Source of the DNA: a virus
Taxonomy: Duplodnaviria > Caudoviricetes
Length of the DNA stretch: 30,999 bases
Reading direction: 5' to 3' (one strand)
IMG/VR virus record: IMGVR_UViG_3300042433_000009
Coordinates: 1-30,999 of that record
Below, piece by piece: positions 15,423 through 24,098 of this stretch. The position numbers and the translations under genes were made by a program. How positions within the stretch are numbered: position 1 is the stretch's first letter; every line of letters begins with the position of its first letter. The notes beneath the pieces are model-generated. The model saw only the letters and a program-made list of their open reading frames with translations, was not told the origin of the DNA and did not search any database.

Positions 15423-16708
15423 CAGATTGTTGGTGTTGGTGTATCATTCAATGGAGGCAAAGATGCTAAGGCTCTAATTTCATTCTTAGACATATTCTCA
15501 AGTACTTTAGCAGCTACTGCAGGATTCAATGTATTAAGTGCATCATTTGTCTTAGAGGTATCTCCCTCAAGCTCTACTATTGCCTCATTTATAATCTGAT
15601 AGTTATTGATAGTGAAATCTGCATCTATCTTAGCTATGAATAGTAGCTCATTAAAGATGTCAGCTACCATATCTCTCAATGGCATTACTACATTCTTCTC
15701 AAATATGATGTAAGCCTGCTTAATATCTGAGCCATTACCTAATGATCCTGTAGTACGGATTCCCATAAGTATAGGATCAATGGTGTGACTAAAGCAAATC
15801 TGCTCAGTGTTCAGCTGTGATGCCTCTTGAAATAGACCATCATTACCATTAGTTGGCAAAGCCTCTATCTTAGGTAATTGGTCTGCTGAGTTTGCAAAAA
15901 ATGCGACAGCTTTCCCACTGTTGGCCGCTCCTTTAAGCCTATCAATGGTATTCCTTATCATGTTTTTTTCCTCCTCAGACTGAGGCCTTTTAGGAAACAT
16001 CATAGCAAAGGATGGAAAGATTGAGTTTTGTATATTACTTTTAGCAAAGTAGCTAAGCTCCCCTGATAGGAATGCAAAGTTTAGAGCTGAGGTGTACTGA
16101 GGTAATGGATAGAAATCCTGCCCAATACATTCTACCTCATATACAAATAGTTGCTCATAGTCTCTACAGGTAGGAGTATATCTTCTTATCTCCTGTACTC
16201 CAATCCTACTAGACCAATCATCACAAATATAGTATCTCTTTCTATCTAAGTTTACTCTAAGTTTCTCAGGGGATAGATTGACTATCTTAGTTAGCTTCAT
16301 CTTATCATCAAAACATAGCTTAAAATATACTCTATTATGCAGAATTAGTTGCTGAGTTACTGCAGGTACTACCTTTTTTATGTTTAATTTTCTCTCAAGT
16401 GTGTATAGCTCTAGCTTATCTTGAGGAGTAAGTCTATCTGCCACTATATTAAATCCACCTCCTACAGCTGCATTCACTTTATACCCCACTATTGAGCCAT
16501 GTAATGGACTGCTATAGAATATCTGATTGAGTAGTTCTGGATACAGATTATCCTGCCCGAATGGGATGTATCCATTAGTCTGATTCCTACCATTAACATA
16601 GGGTAGAGTTAAATTAGCACCTCCTACTTTAAGGAATGGAGTAGAGAATGATTGATATCCCTCTACTATTTCATGCTTTACTGTTTTAAAAAAGTCTTTT
16701 AATGCCAT
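15422..16708 (-). CDS. Portal protein
   Basis: FGQDNLYP, SPLHGSI, YPLPQY, GAANSGK, ICFSH..DPILMG; 428 aa. Confidence 0.85.
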   Translation of the reverse strand: MALKDFFKTVKHEIVEGYQSFSTPFLKVGGANLTLPYVNGRNQTNGYIPFGQDNLYPELLNQIFYSSPLHGSIVGYKVNAAVGGGFNIVADRLTPQDKLELYTLERKLNIKKVVPAVTQQLILHNRVYFKLCFDDKMKLTKIVNLSPEKLRVNLDRKRYYICDDWSSRIGVQEIRRYTPTCRDYEQLFVYEVECIGQDFYPLPQYTSALNFAFLSGELSYFAKSNIQNSIFPSFAMMFPKRPQSEEEKNMIRNTIDRLKGAANSGKAVAFFANSADQLPKIEALPTNGNDGLFQEASQLNTEQICFSHTIDPILMGIRTTGSLGNGSDIKQAYIIFEKNVVMPLRDMVADIFNELLFIAKIDADFTINNYQIINEAIVELEGDTSKTNDALNTLNPAVAAKVLENMSKNEIRALASLPPLNDTPTPTI

Positions 16709-16710
16709 AA

Positions 16711-17052
16711 TTACTCATAAATTGATGATACTATTGGTCCTGATACTACCATCCTGCCCTCTTCAATCACTACTCCTGTAGAGTTAGCAATAGTTGGAGG
16801 TGTGGTACTTGACTCATAGATGCTATATGTATACTGTCCTTTAACTAACTCCAAATCTACAGGCTCATCTAGCTCAAACTGATTGAATCTTTCAGGATAA
16901 GCTGATAGATCAGCAGTGTAGAATGTAATAGGTGCAGACAGCTTGTCCATTTCATTCTGAAAGACAAACAAATAATAAGGATTCGGCAGTGTACTTACCT
17001 CTGTTAGGGTAAGGATTATCTGATTGACCTCATCTTTTTTAATGTATATCAT
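16711..17052 (-). CDS. Hypothetical virion protein (113 aa, beta-rich)
   Basis: After a late promoter, upstream of the portal. Confidence 0.65.
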   Translation of the reverse strand: MIYIKKDEVNQIILTLTEVSTLPNPYYLFVFQNEMDKLSAPITFYTADLSAYPERFNQFELDEPVDLELVKGQYTYSIYESSTTPPTIANSTGVVIEEGRMVVSGPIVSSIYE

Positions 17053-17054
17053 AT

Positions 17055-17086
17055 AACTATATTATACTAAGGTCAAAAAATGTTTA
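17055..17086 (-). promoter_or_regulatory. Putative late promoter TAAACA-N14-TATAATATAGTT-AT-ATG
   Basis: Conserved motif directly after a terminator. Confidence 0.75.
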
Positions 17087-17116
17087 AAAAAAAAGCTCTA
17101 CAATATGCAGAGCTTT
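17086..17116 (-). terminator. Intrinsic terminator after the major tail protein
   Basis: AAAGCTCT-N9-AGAGCTTT plus T-run. Confidence 0.8.
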
Positions 17117-17136
17117 AATTATTAGGGTGTTAAGTA

Positions 17137-17652
17137 TTATATAGCGGGAAATGCAGGTGATATTACATCAGCAGCCTCTATTTCATATGCCAAGTGGTCT
17201 GACTCCGCAAGGAGTGTAACGGAATATTTAGAACCATCAGCTCTCGCTGTACCTGATCCTTCACCTGTAGCAGTTAATTGTAGGTTTTCAAAGTACCAAT
17301 ACTTACCATTTGCATCTAAAACAACAGCAGCTAAATATTGCTGACCTGCTCCTAGTACATGGATAGCTTCTGACTTCTCTTTATCTCTACGATTGAACAT
17401 TAAAGTAATAGTCTGAGTAACAAATGTAGAGCCATTGATTAGGTCTACTGCAGTATCTTCTGTATAGTTACCTGTATTTCTATTGATTTCAAATGTAGCA
17501 AATGGAGTAGTTGTAATAGCAGTAATTATCCAAGCTCCTCCTGCTACTGTTGTAGCGGTAACTCCCTCCTGCTGATTAATCCATACCTTTCTAATACCTC
17601 CTGTATTATTATCACAGGTTTTTGCGATGTTTTGTAACGCTTCACAGCTCAT
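17137..17652 (-). CDS. Probable major tail (tube) protein
   Basis: MSC...C.NNTGGI start, NGSTFVTQTITL, DANGKYW, GTARADGSKY; co-transcribed with the capsid gene. Confidence 0.65.
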   Translation of the reverse strand: MSCEALQNIAKTCDNNTGGIRKVWINQQEGVTATTVAGGAWIITAITTTPFATFEINRNTGNYTEDTAVDLINGSTFVTQTITLMFNRRDKEKSEAIHVLGAGQQYLAAVVLDANGKYWYFENLQLTATGEGSGTARADGSKYSVTLLAESDHLAYEIEAADVISPAFPAI

Positions 17653-17669
17653 TGTATAAGTTTTAAGTA

Positions 17670-17689
17670 AAGGGAGCTTGCACTCCCTT
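17670..17689 (-). terminator. Hairpin between capsid and tail tube genes (weak terminator or stabiliser)
   Basis: AAGGGAG-N6-CTCCCTT with a poor U-tract. Confidence 0.45.
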
Positions 17690-17708
17690 AGATTTATAAA
17701 TTAGTTAA

Positions 17709-18650
17709 TTAAGATGCAGAGTTGTAGAATACAATCTCAGCTCCATTAACGTGCTTAAATCCTATCTTCATATTTGCACGAGTTCTGATAACAGGTGTTG
17801 CTACAGTATCAGCTAAGTTGATAGCTCGTAATGCTTTACCATCACCTTCAGCATCAAATGCATATAAGAAATTTTTGCGAGGTGAAGCAACAATAGTAGA
17901 CTTACTAAGCATTCCAGGACATAATACCATCTTTATTCCAAGATAAGAAAAGTCTAATGCTTGAGTCAAGTTAGCCTGTGTGTTAGCTGCAGCAACAGCA
18001 GAACGATAAGCAGTAGCTACAGGAGAAGATACATAGATTCTTAGCTCCTCTTGATTAGCAATTACAGCAGGAGGGATAGCAGCATAAACTGTAGCCAATG
18101 TAGCAAGTACATTTCCTGAATTAACAGCTGGAGGTGTAGCTCCACCTACTTCAATTACATTAGCAGCATCAGCTACTAATCCTTTTTTGTATCCATCACA
18201 TAAAGCTAGAGCAGGAGTACCTGATGCAGTATCACCTGACCAACGTAACTTCTCAATGTTCTCAGCAATAGTTAATGACATTTCATTCCAATAGTAATCC
18301 ATGAAAGATGCAACAGTGAAATCACCGTTAGATCCTTTAGTCATTTGTAATGATACGAAAGACTGCTCTAGGTCAAATTGACAAATTTCTGCCATAGCTG
18401 ATAATCCCTCTACATTTATTTCTACAGATGCAAGTGTATCAGTTGAAGAGTTCCATCCGCAATTTTCTGCCTGCAATACCTGTCCAAATACTACATTAGA
18501 AATTTTAGTCTTTACTTTGACTCCTGGTAGTGTACGGTAGTTGTCTGCTACTTCCTCATTCAAATAAGCTCGGCTATAGAATGCTTCGCTGTTAGCTTGT
18601 AATAATGCACTGTTAGCAATATCCAAGTCAAATCTTAATTTTTTGCTCAT
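17709..18650 (-). CDS. Major capsid protein
   Basis: 313 aa after the protease/scaffold; IAENIEKLRWSGD...CDG pattern typical of HK97-fold capsids. Confidence 0.8.
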   Translation of the reverse strand: MSKKLRFDLDIANSALLQANSEAFYSRAYLNEEVADNYRTLPGVKVKTKISNVVFGQVLQAENCGWNSSTDTLASVEINVEGLSAMAEICQFDLEQSFVSLQMTKGSNGDFTVASFMDYYWNEMSLTIAENIEKLRWSGDTASGTPALALCDGYKKGLVADAANVIEVGGATPPAVNSGNVLATLATVYAAIPPAVIANQEELRIYVSSPVATAYRSAVAAANTQANLTQALDFSYLGIKMVLCPGMLSKSTIVASPRKNFLYAFDAEGDGKALRAINLADTVATPVIRTRANMKIGFKHVNGAEIVFYNSAS

Positions 18651-18666
18651 TTTTTTTGTTTTTTAT

Positions 18667-19629
18667 TTAGTTATTATTGTTTAAAAATTTACTTACTATA
18701 CTGAATTTATCATGCTGTGATAACTTAGTAGCTTCTACTTCCACTACTTCCTCACCTTCAGACATTACTTCCTCCATATGATTTCTTAAATCAGCTATCA
18801 TTGCTATAATAGCATTGATTTGCTCATCAATTACAGGTTGAACTATAGCTAGTATAGCTTCAGCATCAGCAGCAGGATCAATAGCCATCTCTTCTGTGGC
18901 AGGTGTCTCCTCTATTACTTCTTCTTCTACTACTGTCTCTAGTGCAATCTCTTCTGTCATTGCTTCTTCTTCAACAACAGGTGCATCTTTAATCTCGATA
19001 ATCTCACCGTCTACTACGACATAGATTTTACCATCAATTAGATGTTCTCCATCAGGTAATTTATTCATACTATATTTATTATTTAATTGATTACTTAGTT
19101 TTAAGCCTAAGAATCCCTCAATAGAGAAACCTATCTGCTCATTCTTTACTAGCTCATTATAGTAATCTTTATCAGTTACCTGAGCTGTTACCATTAATGT
19201 GCCTTTAGGTACTTCAATACCATAGCTAGAGTAGGCTTTATCTTTCTTAGGATCTTCTACTATCCATGCCTCAAGTACATAAGCAGGCACTGTCTTATCA
19301 GTATCATGCTCTAGGTTAAATACATTACGATTAGATAGGTCTTGCATGAATTTAGAATGAATCTGCTCAATAGTCTCAGCTGTAAATTGTACATAGTACT
19401 CCTCATCATTCTCATCATTCCTATATATCTCCATAGGAATCATTGCAGGTGCTACCACTCTATACTTTAGGTCATCTGAGAAAAACAATTTTTTATGCTC
19501 ATCAAATGCCATCCCTTTAGTAACTATAGCAGGAGTAGAGGTGAAAGCTATTTGCTCAATCCCTAACTCTTCACCATCTGAATACTCAGGATCTATAGTA
19601 ATTTTATAGATTGGTATATCTTTTGTCAT
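18667..19629 (-). CDS. Prohead serine protease (XkdF-like) with acidic scaffold C-terminus
   Basis: PAMIP..IYR, NLEH, EAWIVED, GFSIEG; Glu-rich tail. Confidence 0.8.
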   Translation of the reverse strand: MTKDIPIYKITIDPEYSDGEELGIEQIAFTSTPAIVTKGMAFDEHKKLFFSDDLKYRVVAPAMIPMEIYRNDENDEEYYVQFTAETIEQIHSKFMQDLSNRNVFNLEHDTDKTVPAYVLEAWIVEDPKKDKAYSSYGIEVPKGTLMVTAQVTDKDYYNELVKNEQIGFSIEGFLGLKLSNQLNNKYSMNKLPDGEHLIDGKIYVVVDGEIIEIKDAPVVEEEAMTEEIALETVVEEEVIEETPATEEMAIDPAADAEAILAIVQPVIDEQINAIIAMIADLRNHMEEVMSEGEEVVEVEATKLSQHDKFSIVSKFLNNNN

Positions 19630-19660
19630 AACTATATTATATTTTTTTTATATTTGTTCA
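19630..19660 (-). promoter_or_regulatory. Putative late promoter TGAACA-N13-TATAATATAGTT-ATG
   Basis: Conserved motif; overlaps a divergent host-type -7 box. Confidence 0.75.
19649..19656 (+). promoter_or_regulatory. Bacteroidota -7 box TATATTTG for the plus-strand gene pair
   Basis: TAnnTTTG 16 nt before ATG 19673, with an A-rich leader. Confidence 0.6.
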
Positions 19661-19672
19661 AAAATTAAAACT

Positions 19673-20251
19673 ATGATAGAATTATTCGGCAAAGAAATCC
19701 CATCTAAGATGGATGAATTAACACTAGAGCAATTCCAAAAAATATCTGCTATCCATAACAGTGATGAGTATGATACTCTAGAAAAACATTGTAAAGTCTT
19801 TGAATACTTAGGTATAACTGAAGAGGAGATGGATATAGACTTTGAGCTGTTCTTAGAGAATGTTAAGTTGTTTAATAAAGATAACTATACTAAGAAAGAT
19901 CCTGTAGAAGAGATAGAGATAGATGGCTATACTTATAGAGCTGAGATGAAGCTCTCAGTAAAAGATTCTCGGATTGTTGAAAAGATAGTGAAGAAAGATA
20001 ATAAAGAATATATCTCTGAAATCATGGCTCTAATGTTCAAACGAACTGACCTATCCAATGCTGAGCATTATGATTCTGCACATCTAAAACACAAAGCTAA
20101 ACTATTTAGTAAGCTCAAAGCAGATATAGCTATCCCTTACCTTACCTTTGTAACCTACAAAATAACAAACCATGCAGAATCTCAAGTTACCAAAGCATTG
20201 GAATCAGATATCAGTGAGTCAGTTCCTGGAGCTGAGGAGTCTGAGCAGTGA
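19673..20251 (+). CDS. Hypothetical acidic protein, possible tail assembly chaperone (paralog 1)
   Basis: 192 aa; similar to the next ORF. Confidence 0.7.
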   Translation: MIELFGKEIPSKMDELTLEQFQKISAIHNSDEYDTLEKHCKVFEYLGITEEEMDIDFELFLENVKLFNKDNYTKKDPVEEIEIDGYTYRAEMKLSVKDSRIVEKIVKKDNKEYISEIMALMFKRTDLSNAEHYDSAHLKHKAKLFSKLKADIAIPYLTFVTYKITNHAESQVTKALESDISESVPGAEESEQ

Positions 20252-20900
20252 GGATGGAATGTTTAACTATCAGATTGATGTACTTTCTGCTTTAACAGAT
20301 AGCAATATCTCTGAATTTGAGGAGCTAGATATAGATGAGCTAAGTGAATTGACTAAGCAGATTAAATGGATACAGGCTGATCCATCTAGGAGGTATAAAA
20401 GTAAGCTAGATAAGTATGTACTTAAGCCATTCAGTAAGCTATCACTAGGTGAGTTCATAGACCTAGAGCATTACTTCTCTAATAACTACTTAGACCACTT
20501 CTGCCACATCTTAGCCTTGCTGTACAGAAGAACATCTAAGAACATCTATGGTGATGATATCATTGAGCCTTATGAGTATAGTCCTAGAGATAGATTAGAT
20601 TGGTACTTAGAGTATCCTATTACTGATGTTTATGGATTGATACCTGAGTATATTAAATTTAGGGAGAACTTTACTAATACCTATACTAATTTACTAGTAG
20701 ATGTAGTGACTGATGATGAGGTGCTAGAGGATGCTGATGAGATAAAAGAGCAGAAGAGAGAACAGCAAAAGCAGAAATTTGCTTGGGAGTCCACTATCAT
20801 GGCTCTATGCAATGATGACCTAAGCAAGTTTAATGATATCCTAGAGATGCCTGTAGTGTTAGTCTTTAATATCTTAGGAATGAAAAAAACTTTAGACTAG
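20172..20900 (+). CDS. Hypothetical acidic protein, possible tail assembly chaperone (paralog 2)
   Basis: 242 aa; LPKHWNQISVSQF, LSLGEFIDLE, ILALLYR. Confidence 0.7.
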   Translation: MQNLKLPKHWNQISVSQFLELRSLSSEDGMFNYQIDVLSALTDSNISEFEELDIDELSELTKQIKWIQADPSRRYKSKLDKYVLKPFSKLSLGEFIDLEHYFSNNYLDHFCHILALLYRRTSKNIYGDDIIEPYEYSPRDRLDWYLEYPITDVYGLIPEYIKFRENFTNTYTNLLVDVVTDDEVLEDADEIKEQKREQQKQKFAWESTIMALCNDDLSKFNDILEMPVVLVFNILGMKKTLD

Positions 20901-21301
20901 TAATCTAGCTCTCCATAAAACTCTCCGAATAAAGGCTCGAATGAGAATAGTATATCTCCTCCTCTTTCTAGTATGTTATCTATTTCTAAGATAGGATATT
21001 TAGTTAAAAGATATTCAGTATATCCTCCCCAAATCTCTGCATAGATTCCATCCTCATCTAATGCTGCATCAAATTGCCTAAGTAGATTATAAGCTCCTAT
21101 AGTTTGTGTACCATTATTTAGAAATCCAAAATAATAAGCTGCTACAATTTGTATCCTTAAATTAAAGCTATCACTAATCTCTGCATTGATTCGTACTGAA
21201 TCTACTAGAGTACCTGTGTCTACTAAGAAATTATTTCTAAGTACTCTTCTAAGTACTGTAGCCATCTTTCTACGCATTGGATATTTAATATTGTAAGGCA
21301 T
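20897..21301 (-). CDS. Probable neck / tail-completion protein (HK97 gp10-like)
   Basis: VDTGTLVDSV and YFGFLNNGT motifs. Confidence 0.55.
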   Translation of the reverse strand: MPYNIKYPMRRKMATVLRRVLRNNFLVDTGTLVDSVRINAEISDSFNLRIQIVAAYYFGFLNNGTQTIGAYNLLRQFDAALDEDGIYAEIWGGYTEYLLTKYPILEIDNILERGGDILFSFEPLFGEFYGELDY

Positions 21302-21333
21302 AACTATATTATATTAATTAAGCATTTTGTTTA
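21302..21333 (-). promoter_or_regulatory. Putative late promoter TAAACA-N14-TATAATATAGTT-ATG
   Basis: Conserved motif. Confidence 0.75.
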
Positions 21334-22050
21334 TATTGCTGTTATTTCTAAAGTCACTTCTCCATTAGGACAAAAAGTATTATAAACATGATAAGGCATC
21401 TCTAGTCTTACCCTGTTATCTCCATTGTAAAAGTATGTACCGTATTGAGTAAAGTCAGAGCCATTAGCATTAGCATTACACATAGCTACAAATGCCCCTA
21501 TTTCATCTTGTAATGTTCCTGTCTGAACATCCCACTGTACACCATTACAAAAGAAAGCTATACTATCTGACACAAAAAAATTAGGGTCTATCTCCTGACT
21601 ATAAGCTGTATATATTTTTTTAGGGATAGGACAGTTGGTCCATGATGGAATCACTACTGATAAATTCATCTGCCACCCTGCAGCATAATCTAGTAGATCA
21701 TTATTCAATGGTATGAATGTAGGCTGTCCATCTATATCAAAGTCATAGTCATCACTAAATGTAAACTCTAAGTATAGATCCTGGAGTATCTGCTGAGTAT
21801 CCGATAATATAGTTGTGATGTTAGCTCTATCCATCTGAATAATATCAAAGCAATACAGCTCTAAATTAAAGATAGATACATTCTCATAGGGAGTAACTCC
21901 TGTAGGTACTACATAGACTAGTGGATACTTCTCATCCTTAGTAGCAAAGTTTACCATTTGCTCTTTAAAGTCTGAGCCTACCTTTTTTACCTGTAGGTGA
22001 TTGTCATAGAATGCAATAATCTTATCTACTATGGATTGATAGCTTATCAT
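21331..22050 (-). CDS. Probable tail terminator protein with C-terminal extra domain
   Basis: YPLVYV, LSDTQQILQD, AGW, CPIP core next to the tape measure. Confidence 0.55.
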   Translation of the reverse strand: MISYQSIVDKIIAFYDNHLQVKKVGSDFKEQMVNFATKDEKYPLVYVVPTGVTPYENVSIFNLELYCFDIIQMDRANITTILSDTQQILQDLYLEFTFSDDYDFDIDGQPTFIPLNNDLLDYAAGWQMNLSVVIPSWTNCPIPKKIYTAYSQEIDPNFFVSDSIAFFCNGVQWDVQTGTLQDEIGAFVAMCNANANGSDFTQYGTYFYNGDNRVRLEMPYHVYNTFCPNGEVTLEITAI

Positions 22051-24098
22051 AATACTGAATTATTTTGTATGTTATTAATGTGATTCTGTGATGATGTTAT
22101 CTCAGTCTCAGATACTATAGCTGTTACTGTTATGTTATTAGAGCCACCTCCTGCATTCACTTGACTACCTGTGTTGGCTTGCCCAAATAGTTGAGGTCCT
22201 GCTGCTGGTGCTACTGCTGTTGTGGCTGCTCCTGCTCCTACATCAGGTGCATTAGGTGCTGATCCACCTCCTCCAAATTGAGTACTTGAAATAGTAGCAA
22301 TACTTGCTGCAGTTGCAGCTACTGATGCACCTATCCTTATTGCTGTTGCTACTCCTAAAGTAAAGTCAGGTACACTAGTAATAGCTAAAATAGATTGAGC
22401 TCCATTAATTACAGCCATTGCTAACTGCATTGCTTTCTGTTGTTTGAATTGTTGTCTCAATATCTTCTCCTCTTCCTTACTGCCTTTCTTAACATTCTTT
22501 AGCTTCTGCTCCATCCCTATAGATGCAAGGGAATTAATACCATTAAGTGCAGCAGTTGCTGTATCTAGTCCATCTTTTATAGAAGCTATTTCTTTCTGTC
22601 TTGATTCCTCAATAATTTTATCCTGCTTATCTTTTTCCTCTTTAAGTTTTGCAGTCTTTTTTTCCTGTGCATCTTTATCAATATCTAGAATTTCTTGAGC
22701 AAGCTCTTTCTCTAATCCTTTTACTATTTCAGCATTAGAACTAAACTGATTCATCTTAGCCTCTGCTGCTTGAGTAGCTTGTAACTTTTTAAATTCAGTA
22801 TCATTTAATAGTAATCTTTGACTCTCTAAAAATACTGCATCCTCATCAGCTATTCTCTTTAGATTATTTGCATCTGTAATAGCCTTAGCAGCATCTGCAT
22901 ATTTCTTATTAATAGCTGCCTCTTGTATCTTCTGACCATCTATTAATGCAGTAGTATCATTCTTATATTTAACAGCCTCATCTATTTTTTTCTTATAGGC
23001 AGCAGCCAAATCATCTAGCTCAATCTGCTGAGCAGTCTTTTTAGAATCAGATACTATCTTAGCAGCTGCAGCAATATCCGCTTCTGAGGCTTTATCTGCT
23101 GCTATTCTTTTATCTCTTGCTGCCTTAGCTTTATCACTAGCTTCTTTCTCTTTTTTATCAGCATCATCAGACTCTTTTTTATCAGCAGTATTTTTAGCTA
23201 CAATTTTATCACTATAGCCTTGCTTTATTATTTCATTTTCTTTAGCTACTTGCTTTTTTAAATCTTCTATTTTTTCTTTATCAGCTTTATCTCCTAATTT
23301 CTTCTGAGCATCTAGTGCATCCTTAGCAGATTGTTTTCTATTGTTAGCCTCTTTTATTTGTACATTGCTACGTTCTTCCTCTAGCTTAGTAGTATCTTCA
23401 CCTGCTGCCTTAAGTTCAGCAATCTCTCTACCTAAATCTGCTGTAACTCTAGCAGTTTTTTCCTCAGATGATTTCTTTATTTTTTCATTAGCTTCTAGAG
23501 TCTTAGCTGCATTATCTTCTGCTTCAAATGTTGTAAGATGTAACCAATCTGTAAGCTCTTTAAATCCTGCAATTAGAGCATTAATGGGAGCCATCATTGC
23601 TTTGATTACATCATCTAATTTACCAAATGATTTAAGTACTAAAGCTACTACAGCTATAATGGCTGCTACTGTAGCTACTATTAAAAATATAGGATTTACT
23701 AGAATAGTCATTCCTAATTTTATAAATGCACCTCCTAAATTTTTTAATGTAGTTATGAATCCTGTAAATTGTTTAGTAAGGTCTGCAGGAGTTAATGATC
23801 CTAATGATTGCTTTAAGTTAGCACTTTGTTTAGCAGCACCTGTAAAATCCATGTCCATTATGGCTTGACTCATTCCCTCAAAAGATGCCTTTGCTTGATC
23901 TAAATTACTCCCTTTTTTAAAATCATTGATTGCACTATTAACTTTATTTATCTGCTTTTGCACTTCCCCTGCCTTATCAGCTAGTGCAGCAAATGCTTCA
24001 GGATTGACAGCATCTGCCATCTGATTTTTTAAATCTTTTAGCTCTGCTTTTAACGCTGCTATTCCTGATAACTTAAGTGGTATTACTACTTCATTCAT
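22047..24098 (-). CDS. Tape measure protein
   Basis: 683 aa, Ala/Lys coiled coil with two hydrophobic segments (NPIFLIVATVAAIIAVV). Confidence 0.85.
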   Translation of the reverse strand: MNEVVIPLKLSGIAALKAELKDLKNQMADAVNPEAFAALADKAGEVQKQINKVNSAINDFKKGSNLDQAKASFEGMSQAIMDMDFTGAAKQSANLKQSLGSLTPADLTKQFTGFITTLKNLGGAFIKLGMTILVNPIFLIVATVAAIIAVVALVLKSFGKLDDVIKAMMAPINALIAGFKELTDWLHLTTFEAEDNAAKTLEANEKIKKSSEEKTARVTADLGREIAELKAAGEDTTKLEEERSNVQIKEANNRKQSAKDALDAQKKLGDKADKEKIEDLKKQVAKENEIIKQGYSDKIVAKNTADKKESDDADKKEKEASDKAKAARDKRIAADKASEADIAAAAKIVSDSKKTAQQIELDDLAAAYKKKIDEAVKYKNDTTALIDGQKIQEAAINKKYADAAKAITDANNLKRIADEDAVFLESQRLLLNDTEFKKLQATQAAEAKMNQFSSNAEIVKGLEKELAQEILDIDKDAQEKKTAKLKEEKDKQDKIIEESRQKEIASIKDGLDTATAALNGINSLASIGMEQKLKNVKKGSKEEEKILRQQFKQQKAMQLAMAVINGAQSILAITSVPDFTLGVATAIRIGASVAATAASIATISSTQFGGGGSAPNAPDVGAGAATTAVAPAAGPQLFGQANTGSQVNAGGGSNNITVTAIVSETEITSSQNHINNIQNNSVL

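Noticed and set aside
20150-20251. Programmed -1 frameshift joining the two plus-strand ORFs
   Set aside because: The second ORF is in the +1 frame, has its own ATG and homologous N-terminus, and no canonical slippery heptamer was seen.
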